Origin: an uncultured Candidatus Saccharibacteria bacterium
GTDB taxonomy: Bacteria > Patescibacteriota > Minisyncoccia > Phycocordibacterales > Phycocordibacteraceae
Assembly: GCA_964446735.1 (NCBI GenBank)
Contig: CAYUQB010000001.1
Coordinates: forward strand, 111,270-175,269
Length of the DNA stretch: 64,000 bases
Direction of reading: 5' to 3'
Shown one piece after another: positions 56,737-64,000 of the stretch; position 1 is the first letter of the stretch; each line of letters opens with the position of its first letter. The translations under genes and the position numbers were made by a program. The notes under the pieces were generated by a model that did not search any database, was not told the origin of the DNA, and saw only the letters and a program-made list of their open reading frames with translations.

Positions 56737-59406
56737 CTACCGGCTTGCGCCAAATCCGGTGTATGCAGGCTTCACGCGATAATTGGCAGTACCAGGAGCG
56801 ATAAAGAGGTCAGCTGGTGATACCAACCGTTCACCGACACCAAATGACCAGCCGTAGCGGGCACTCTGGAAGTGGCCAAGCGCTACATAGATATTGTTTG
56901 TGTAGGTTGCGTAGGTGCTCACGGACGTTCCGTCAATAATATTTTTGTCGATGACGTACCGGACACCTGCCTTGCTGTTAAGGGTCATCGAGGCCGCCTT
57001 ACTGCTTCCGATAATGGTGTTATTTGCAATACGAACGGTGCCACTCATGCCTCCCCAGTCTGCAAGCACTGCGGTCGTATTTTTTGCACCATCGAAGACG
57101 TTGTTGGTAAGCGTCACGTTCGATGAACGTTCCATCGTAAAGGCAATGTTGGAATCACGGACCGTGTTCCCTTCCACAGTGACATTATTTGAGCTCTGGT
57201 AGACCGTAAGGCCGTTACCATGAGTTGAGTTGCTGTCCGTCATGGTATTCCCGACCATGCGGCCATTGGTGACGGTAGCGAAGTAAAGACCGGTGCGTGC
57301 AATGTTGCGAAGAGTGTTACCCCGCGCAACCACATCCTTACTACTCCCCACCTGAATGCCACGCATGTTGCCGAGCGTATCGTGAACAGAATTGTTTTCG
57401 ATGACGAGATTCGTCACCTTTGAGAGCGCGATACCACCCATGTGGGTACTTTGGGTAAGCGACACATCGTTATTCTCGATCCGAATGTCTTCAGTATCGT
57501 TGTAGAGGAACTTCACGATACCAGCACCCTCACGAGCGCCATCACCGGTCTGCTTCCACACTTTGAATCCGGAAACGACGACGTGGTTTGCGCTACTGAG
57601 GTCGATACCATAGGAGCGTACTGAGTAATTCACAACACCATTGGGGTTAGCCCCACCGAGTGGCCAGACGTAGAGTGTGTTCGTTGACGAGTCGAAGTAG
57701 TACTCACCAGCAGTGTCGAACACTCCTGCCGTACTCGCGTTCACGACAGTGTAGCGCGTATCTCGATCGTCATACGGGGTGAACGCCTCGGAAAGGGTCA
57801 CGGTCGAGCCAACCAAGCGCACAATCTTGCGGATGGAGATCTCGTTCGGGACCCCCCATACATAGATATAGGCACCGGTAAGAAGCGTGCCACCAAGACT
57901 TGCGAAGCGTGTGTCGGTGATTGAGGTAGGTGTCACCTTTTCCTTTATCACAGCAAAGAACGTCTCAGGGTTCTGGTAGAACCGATTTGCAGATGCGGGG
58001 GTCTGCGCAGGAAGAATGACCTGATCTCCTTGGGTTAGGTTGAGCCGTATCTCCGGCTGATCCGAAAGGAAGGACGGGACGGTGATTCTGGTTTTGTAGA
58101 TGTTTGCCCAATTCGGATTTCCCTCACAATCAGCGGCTGAACGGCACTTCGCAAAGGTCGTAATTGGCTGTGACCCATCGATGATTGCCTTACCGGTTCC
58201 CCATCCCGTTCCTTTCAGTACTACTGGTTGCGAAGCGGTTCCGCTTCCATTCACTCTGATACTGCCATAGTACGTGACGCCACCCTTAAGCATGACGACA
58301 TCGCCTGGTTTAAGAGTCGTCTTTGCAGGATTGCCTGTTGCTTCTGGGTCTCCCGGAGCGTGCTTCCACGGGGAAGTCTGGGTTCCAGAGTTTGTATCAG
58401 CCCCCGCTGCGAAGTCGACATAGTAGGAACCGACAGTTGGTGTTGCAGGGGTCGTGGTTGCGGGGAGCGGAGTCGGAATTGGCGTCGGGACCGGTGTTGG
58501 ATTGTTACTAGGAGGGGTAGTAGTGGCCGGTGGCTTGGGTGCGTTCGGCGTACTGGATGCTGTTGGGGTATTTGGCGTGCTTGGCGATGTCGGTTGAGTG
58601 GTGCCTGGAGCAGGCGACGTACCAGCCACAGTTACAGTTACAGATCGCGTCACACTCTTATTCGCATTACCACAGGTGAGAGTATAAGTGGTTGTCTGCT
58701 TCGGACTAACCGTTCGTGCTGATCCGTTTCCTGACCATCCGCCAGATGCCGTGCAGTACGTTGCATTCGTTGCCTTCCACAGAAGGGTCGTAGCTTGTCC
58801 AGGAACAATGTTGGGATGCGAAGCTTTAAGCTCGAGCGTGACATCATCGGTGACAGTGACGGTGACTGTCTTCATCACGCTCGATGTGGCGTTCGTACAC
58901 GTCATGGCATAGGTGGTCGTTTGGAGCGGCGAAATGGTGAAGCGGCTGCCGATACGGCCACGTGGACCTTCCCATCCTCCAGAAGCGGAGCAGGTCACCG
59001 CATTTGTCGATTTCCATCCAAGTGTCGTGCTCTGCCCTGCGATAAGTGTTTGACGGATCGCCGAGAACGTGAGCGTGGGACTCGTGGTCGCGATACTCAT
59101 GTCTGCGTTGAGAACCGCTGCCGTGAAGCGCCCTACATATCCAGTCCCTTCAGTGAGATTGAGCGGTGCCAGCACAATGTCGGCATACGCTTCTTGCAGC
59201 ACAATAATGGCTTCTTTAGTGATCTTTCCAAAGTATCCAGTAATTTCCTCAACAAATAGGCCTTGGTCCTTCAAAAAGCGTTGGAGTGTAGAGACTTCTT
59301 CTCCGCGTGAGCCTTCCTGAAGGCCCGGCTCAATAGCAAGAACGCTTATGGGTTGCAATGCGAACGCGAACAGAAGCACGTACACGAGTAGGGTGCGGTA
59401 CAGCAT
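56737..59406 (-). CDS. large secreted surface protein: N-terminal peptidoglycan-binding domain, Ig-like repeats, Pro/Thr linker, parallel beta-helix
   Basis: Signal peptide, PG_binding_1-like ...VSTLQRFLKDQGLFVEEITGYFGKIT..., duplicated TLGWKSTNA/TLLWKATNA modules, PT-rich linker, NN/GN-x-V/I beta-helix rungs. Confidence 0.7.
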   Translation of the reverse strand: MLYRTLLVYVLLFAFALQPISVLAIEPGLQEGSRGEEVSTLQRFLKDQGLFVEEITGYFGKITKEAIIVLQEAYADIVLAPLNLTEGTGYVGRFTAAVLNADMSIATTSPTLTFSAIRQTLIAGQSTTLGWKSTNAVTCSASGGWEGPRGRIGSRFTISPLQTTTYAMTCTNATSSVMKTVTVTVTDDVTLELKASHPNIVPGQATTLLWKATNATYCTASGGWSGNGSARTVSPKQTTTYTLTCGNANKSVTRSVTVTVAGTSPAPGTTQPTSPSTPNTPTASSTPNAPKPPATTTPPSNNPTPVPTPIPTPLPATTTPATPTVGSYYVDFAAGADTNSGTQTSPWKHAPGDPEATGNPAKTTLKPGDVVMLKGGVTYYGSIRVNGSGTASQPVVLKGTGWGTGKAIIDGSQPITTFAKCRSAADCEGNPNWANIYKTRITVPSFLSDQPEIRLNLTQGDQVILPAQTPASANRFYQNPETFFAVIKEKVTPTSITDTRFASLGGTLLTGAYIYVWGVPNEISIRKIVRLVGSTVTLSEAFTPYDDRDTRYTVVNASTAGVFDTAGEYYFDSSTNTLYVWPLGGANPNGVVNYSVRSYGIDLSSANHVVVSGFKVWKQTGDGAREGAGIVKFLYNDTEDIRIENNDVSLTQSTHMGGIALSKVTNLVIENNSVHDTLGNMRGIQVGSSKDVVARGNTLRNIARTGLYFATVTNGRMVGNTMTDSNSTHGNGLTVYQSSNNVTVEGNTVRDSNIAFTMERSSNVTLTNNVFDGAKNTTAVLADWGGMSGTVRIANNTIIGSSKAASMTLNSKAGVRYVIDKNIIDGTSVSTYATYTNNIYVALGHFQSARYGWSFGVGERLVSPADLFIAPGTANYRVKPAYTGFGASR

Positions 59407-59479
59407 AGGGATTTAGGGGATTCCCCTTCAGTATCCCATGGCTTCTTGACACGGGTCGTTTCGAGTGGGGATAGCAAAA

Positions 59480-60382
59480 TTACCTGAAAATCACTGATCC
59501 GCTATCGAACTTCAGATCGAGTACCAACTGCCCGCGTGAGGTGAAATGGTAGCTGTGGGCATTCGTGAGCAAGGAGAAGAATTCGTTCTCCTTCGAACCT
59601 GCGCAATATTTCTCCGTACGTGCGATGTTTGAGAACGAAATGGTGTTTGCGTCTACACGATAGGTGCCTGCCATGCTGTTGCAGTCAGTAGTAGCGGAGA
59701 ACTCACCTCCTTCTTTGAAAGTTAGCGTGAACGAGTCATCACGAGGCTTCAGTTCTCGCCCGTCGTTATACAGCGCCGAATCCCAGATCCAGGTCTTCGT
59801 GGATAGAGACATACGCGAAGGATCGGCTTCTCCTTCAAAGTTTTGAGCGACCTCGCCAAACTGGAGCGTGTTCGTATCAAGTTTAAGCCAGATGCTTTTC
59901 CCTACCGATGGCGGAGTTGCAAAATCATCTCCCTGCGCTCGATCCGCATAGTTCACCACGATGATGGTTCGTTCGCCCCGATCAATGCTTTGGGGAGCGA
60001 TACGATCGCCAAGAAATACTCCTTCAGAGCCGAGATACCCGCGCTCGGTATTCAATGCGGCAACGACGTAATAGAAGGTTCCGCTTCCGCCGGTTTCTTG
60101 GGTAAGAAGAAACACGACGTCTTCTCGGCCATCAGCATTGAGATCAATGATGAGGTCATTTCCGAAATACCGAGTGATTGTCTTTGATGCAGATCCAGGA
60201 GCTGAATCTTGTTCAGCAACGCCGTTTACAAGTTTGATGCGTTCACTCCCAATGACATATTCGGCATCTTTATAGGTACCCGCTCCCTTCGCCTGCTTTT
60301 CGTTATAAATATAGGAGTTGAGCGCGAAAAACCCGAGGACAAGAACTGCAATGATGCCGCCGACCAGAATGAGAATTTTCTT
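59480..60382 (-). CDS. membrane-anchored META (HslJ-like) domain protein
   Basis: C-terminal ...DCNSMAGTYRVDANTISFSNIARTEKYCAGS... pattern. Confidence 0.55.
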   Translation of the reverse strand, partial: KKILILVGGIIAVLVLGFFALNSYIYNEKQAKGAGTYKDAEYVIGSERIKLVNGVAEQDSAPGSASKTITRYFGNDLIIDLNADGREDVVFLLTQETGGSGTFYYVVAALNTERGYLGSEGVFLGDRIAPQSIDRGERTIIVVNYADRAQGDDFATPPSVGKSIWLKLDTNTLQFGEVAQNFEGEADPSRMSLSTKTWIWDSALYNDGRELKPRDDSFTLTFKEGGEFSATTDCNSMAGTYRVDANTISFSNIARTEKYCAGSKENEFFSLLTNAHSYHFTSRGQLVLDLKFDSGSVIFR

Positions 60383-60421
60383 CATGCTGGGAAGTATAGC
60401 AACCAAGTCCACACGACTCAC

Positions 60422-60730
60422 TTACCTAAGTAACTCAAGCATTTGAGTGATTCCATCAACTGCAAGTTCCACCCAGACGAGGAGGAATGCGAGTACGATA
60501 GCTGCAATCGCAGCAATTTTGTGTATAGGGTTCGTGAATTTTCGTAACGCAAAATCAATAACAAGGCCGGTGCCGAACATGAGGCCGCCCATGACAAGGA
60601 AATCTCCTGGCTTCCAATTCCAGCCAACCCCTTCAACTCCCCCATCTCGAATCGTTAATACCAAGGGGATGAGGAGTATGAGGCACACTATGCCGGCGAT
60701 GCGGATAACACGTTTGCGTTGGGTGAGCAT
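60422..60730 (-). CDS. small membrane protein (102 aa)
   Basis: Three hydrophobic helices. Confidence 0.4.
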   Translation of the reverse strand: MLTQRKRVIRIAGIVCLILLIPLVLTIRDGGVEGVGWNWKPGDFLVMGGLMFGTGLVIDFALRKFTNPIHKIAAIAAIVLAFLLVWVELAVDGITQMLELLR

Positions 60731-60786
60731 TGCTATTTACAACCCCGAACGTCTTAAAAAGTTTCAGTTGATTGAGACAATGCACC

Positions 60787-61371
60787 CTACACATCCTGCT
60801 CCAGTACCTTGAATTCACCTTCCCTAAGCATGAGTACCGGAACGTCAGGTGCGGTAGCTTCAAGCTCTTGCTGAGCCATATCCCAATCGATATTGGGAGC
60901 GTTGTAATCGGACTGGTAATGGACAAGCGCGGTGATAGGCAAAATGCCTAACCCAGGACAGACTTCAAGATCGTCGAGACTGTAGTAGTACTGGGCAAGG
61001 AAATTTACACCTGCTGAAGTCCCGGCAACGGTCTTTCCTGCCAACTCTCGCTCCCACCCTTCGTGTTTACGCACCGCCTCAAGCAGTTTCTTCGTCCTTC
61101 CACCCCGGAAATAAATAACATCGTTTCGTTGAACCTGTTCTAGAAAATGCTCTGGGTCTGCAAGTTCCAAAATTACTTTCTGCCGTAGCATTGATGCAAA
61201 GAAGAATTTGTCCTTCTCAAATATTTCTTGCCAGGTAGCTTCCGGCCGAGCGAAGAGACAAATGAGAATACGGACCGGTTGGTCAAAACCTTCTACCAAT
61301 TCAGTAACAAAAGCCTGGCCTCCGTCTTCAGGTTTTGTAGGGTAGCCACCGACCAGAATGAATTTCGTCAT
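60787..61371 (-). CDS. peptidase S51 (dipeptidase E / cyanophycinase-like)
   Basis: GTSAG nucleophile motif and class-I glutamine-amidotransferase-like fold pattern. Confidence 0.65.
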   Translation of the reverse strand: MTKFILVGGYPTKPEDGGQAFVTELVEGFDQPVRILICLFARPEATWQEIFEKDKFFFASMLRQKVILELADPEHFLEQVQRNDVIYFRGGRTKKLLEAVRKHEGWERELAGKTVAGTSAGVNFLAQYYYSLDDLEVCPGLGILPITALVHYQSDYNAPNIDWDMAQQELEATAPDVPVLMLREGEFKVLEQDV

Positions 61372-61919
61372 ACGTGCGAATTAAGAACGTGCGCGAGGTG
61401 GGTAATAAGAAGTGAGTTTCCGTAGTCATTCAAGTGCACACCGTCTTCGGTGTGATAGTCAGGTCCATTCTCAAGTAACGGGCTAAACATCTCCCAGGAT
61501 TCAATGAGAGCGACAGAACCGGTAGCTACACAAACCTCCTTTGCTGCATCAGCATACTGTCGAGTCAGAATGTTTGTCCGTTGTCTCCCTTCTCGCTGCT
61601 TTGCTTCGTTAACTGGCGGAGGTAAGAAAAATACAATCCTTGAATCCGTAAAGCTCTTCAGAATACTAACGAGGTTTGACCTGAACCGTTCAATCGGAAC
61701 TTGTTTCCAAGGAGCTGAATCGTTAGTTCCGAGTGAGATAACCACAGCATCTGGATTAAGCGAAGCGATGTAGGGAGCTTTGATAACTCCATCATCTGTA
61801 TCCCATCCCCCTACGGCGCAGTTGTATACATCGCTTCCAGGAACCTTGGACTCAAGCTCTTGTATAAGCGGCTTGTATACAAGCGCGAGAAGACTGTCTC
61901 CGAATAAGACGACTTTCAT
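61368..61919 (-). CDS. SGNH/GDSL-family hydrolase
   Basis: Block I VVLFGDSL, block III GTND. Confidence 0.7.
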   Translation of the reverse strand: MKVVLFGDSLLALVYKPLIQELESKVPGSDVYNCAVGGWDTDDGVIKAPYIASLNPDAVVISLGTNDSAPWKQVPIERFRSNLVSILKSFTDSRIVFFLPPPVNEAKQREGRQRTNILTRQYADAAKEVCVATGSVALIESWEMFSPLLENGPDYHTEDGVHLNDYGNSLLITHLAHVLNSHV

Positions 61920-61969
61920 GGTTCGAGTATATGCGAGCGTTCGTCAGAGAAGTCCCGCCCGTCAAAAGT

Positions 61970-62320
61970 CTACCCGCTAATATCTTTATTCACGGACATG
62001 ACTTCGATCCATCCGCCGGGGATACCGAAATGCGGATGACTCTTGAACATATCTGCTGCAGCATCGAGAGACTCAGCCTCTACGAACGAATACATCATGA
62101 TGTCGTTACGTGAATCTTCGATTCCTGTAGCGGTTACGCGCTTTGGTTTCCCAACACCTGCGGTTTCAATGAGTGAGGCTTTGTTCTCTTCCATCCACGC
62201 ATTCCACTCTGACTGCATCTGCTGTTCTTGAGCTTTACGTTCATCTTCAGGCAGTTTCATCCACTCATCGAGTCCCGTATGGGGCATTTGGTATGTGACA
62301 AAGAATTTCATATACAGCAA
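61970..62320 (-). CDS. hypothetical protein (116 aa)
   Basis: Clean ORF with no family assigned. Confidence 0.45.
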   Translation of the reverse strand: MLYMKFFVTYQMPHTGLDEWMKLPEDERKAQEQQMQSEWNAWMEENKASLIETAGVGKPKRVTATGIEDSRNDIMMYSFVEAESLDAAADMFKSHPHFGIPGGWIEVMSVNKDISG

Positions 62321-62424
62321 CTATACCCTATGTGAGCTGGAACGTTACTGGAACCTTTCTATATAAAAGACCACCCTCCCGCCGGAGCGAGAGGGTTTTG
62401 ATCCCATGGCACGGAGTGGCTGGC

Positions 62425-62775
62425 TTACGGGTTGTAGGGCTTCGTACCACCACGCATGGCGAGAACCGGAATCGGAAACGCTTCGTTGAAGGTGTGGCCG
62501 CCCTCTTCCTCGAGGATCAGGACGATACCGTCGCAGATCTCGTTCAGCTCCTCTTCCTCCATGCCCATGAATTTCTTGGAGTAGAGGCGCGCCATGACGT
62601 GAACCGGCGTCCGGTGAGCGTAGCTTCCGTCCGTATCGTCCGTGATGAAGGTCACGGCCGTCGCGTCGAGCGGCATGTCGAGACGCTTGTGATAGAACTC
62701 TTGGATCCGTCTCCGGATTTTCTTCTTCGCCTCATACTCAGTTTCAGCGAAGCCGGAAATGTCGACGATAGGCAT
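62425..62775 (-). CDS. putative tautomerase-superfamily protein (Pro-1 after Met)
   Basis: MPIVDISG... N-terminus, 116 aa. Weak assignment. Confidence 0.35.
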   Translation of the reverse strand: MPIVDISGFAETEYEAKKKIRRRIQEFYHKRLDMPLDATAVTFITDDTDGSYAHRTPVHVMARLYSKKFMGMEEEELNEICDGIVLILEEEGGHTFNEAFPIPVLAMRGGTKPYNP

Positions 62776-62908
62776 CGTACCCTCCTCCTTGCGGTTGCTC
62801 GGATTACTATATCACAGTTTCTGAAAAAGTCATTACAGCCTTAACTGGGAGGCCTTCATTCGGTGCTGTTTCCTTTCAACATTGGCTATCCGGGACATTA
62901 TTGGAACC

Positions 62909-63166
62909 TCAGCTCAAGAAGAAATAAAGACCAATGACTAGTAGTACTTGAATAGAAAGCGCTAGCAAAAACCGCTTAAACTCAGTGGCTGAAGATCTCA
63001 ATAAATATGGCGCCAGGGACAACAAATACAGGAATGCTGCTAGTCCGATAACTATGAGTAAATTTGGACCTTCAGGATCATTTAAAAACAGAAACAGCAC
63101 CCTAGAGCTCACAACAGATGTGATGGCGAGGAGTAACAACGAAGTCTTTCTTGATTTGAAAAACAT
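62909..63166 (-). CDS. small membrane protein (85 aa)
   Basis: Two hydrophobic helices. AT-rich. Confidence 0.3.
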   Translation of the reverse strand: MFFKSRKTSLLLLAITSVVSSRVLFLFLNDPEGPNLLIVIGLAAFLYLLSLAPYLLRSSATEFKRFLLALSIQVLLVIGLYFFLS

Positions 63167-63374
63167 ATTGGCAATTGCACTCAGTTTAACTCCGGGCGAT
63201 GCTTGAAAGTTACGCCTGGAAGTCTGATATAACGTTTACGTATGATTCTTGCTGGGATGATTTATGGACATTCTCACCTTCACAGCTTAACAGTGTAGAG
63301 ACGTTCTCGATATACAACGACAATCGGGAACTTCGTTGCTCTGATGTTCCCTAGTGGATATCCCTTCTCTTATT

Positions 63375-64000
63375 TTACTTTCCCGTAATGAACGCACGAG
63401 TGATCGGGCCAAAGTACCCAAGAGCAGGTTTGATGCCTTTTGTTTTTTGGAATTCGGCAAGAGCTGCCCTTGTCAAGGGACCAAAGTAATTGGTTGCGCC
63501 ATGTGTAAGGAGTGCACGCGCGGCTGGTCCGACACCTTGTTGTATCAGATAGAGCTGGAGCACATTCACATCGGCGCCACTCCTGCCGAACATCAGATCG
63601 CGTGCGTAGGTCGCGCTGGGAAGCGAGGCGGCTGGTGACGTAGTTGTCGCAGCAGGTGGCGTGGAAGTTGATGCGACTACCGTCGTATCTGTGCTCGAAG
63701 CGGTCACGGTGTCTGTACTACTGGTGTAAACAACAATGACTGGCTTTCCTCCACTACTGCCGGCCGTACTTATGGTTACGGTAATATCGGATCCACTGCC
63801 TGACGAACTTGCGTTTCCTGCCGCATCGGTAATGACGACGCCTGAAATCTGAAGCGGAGAGCTCTGCGCAGCATGGGAATTCTCGGTCGTATATGTTGCA
63901 GTGTACGTCGCACCGTTATTGCTTGTGCTCCACGTCAGGGACTGGCCGTTATAAGAACCAGAAACGCTTCCTCCATATTCAGTAGCTCCAGGCGTAAGCG
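63375..64000 (-). CDS. C-terminal part of a surface protein (Ig-like/Thr-rich region + C-terminal peptidoglycan-binding domain); start beyond window
   Basis: Frame is open from 64000 down to the stop at 63375. C-terminal ...LQLYLIQQGVGPAARALLTHGATNYFGPLTRAALAEFQKTKGIKPALGYFGPIT... is PG_binding_1-like. Confidence 0.6.
   Translation of the reverse strand, partial: LTPGATEYGGSVSGSYNGQSLTWSTSNNGATYTATYTTENSHAAQSSPLQISGVVITDAAGNASSSGSGSDITVTISTAGSSGGKPVIVVYTSSTDTVTASSTDTTVVASTSTPPAATTTSPAASLPSATYARDLMFGRSGADVNVLQLYLIQQGVGPAARALLTHGATNYFGPLTRAALAEFQKTKGIKPALGYFGPITRAFITGK

Overview
This 64 kb window is gene-dense and almost entirely minus-strand. Its content (compact F1Fo operon with a short delta subunit, many small hypothetical and membrane proteins, a sigma-70 region-4 fusion protein, several house-cleaning nucleotide hydrolases, two MltG paralogs, short UvrC) is compatible with a small-genome bacterium, possibly Patescibacteria/CPR-like, but that cannot be confirmed from sequence alone. 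Confidently recognised core genes: mnmA, mltG (two paralogs), leuS, ychF, a complete atpBEFHAGDC operon, ddl, uvrC-like/uvrA/uvrB, a receiver-only response regulator with histidine kinase, tgt, an FKBP isomerase, purC/purE, an ECF sigma/anti-sigma pair, an rsuA-like pseudouridine synthase and five Nudix-fold domains. Seven tRNA genes were found by manual folding: Ala-GGC, Ala-CGC, Ala-TGC, Pro-GGG, Pro-CGG, Val-CAC, plus one tRNA-like 3' fragment. They cluster at 19.5-29.5 kb and bracket compositionally atypical islets, GC-rich at 18.9-19.5, 21.5-22.8, 42.2-43.1 and 47.0-48.9 kb and AT-rich at 25.8-29.4 kb. Most worth a second look: (i) LeuS carries an inserted Nudix-fold domain; (ii) a yjjX-like ITPase sits inside the atp operon between atpA and atpG; (iii) a VirD4/TraD-like P-loop ATPase of about 910 aa has a roughly 560 aa non-membrane N-terminal extension and a tightly coupled 128 aa gene; (iv) a candidate three-gene overlapping operon (257 aa TIGR04255-like, 65 aa, 187 aa) lies in a tRNA-bracketed low-GC islet and is the most plausible undescribed system here, perhaps abortive-infection or defence; (v) a very GC-rich secreted-protein cassette has a near-consensus promoter and terminator. 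No CRISPR array, rRNA, integrase or transposase was recognised. Coordinates of manually refined starts may be off by a nucleotide or two.
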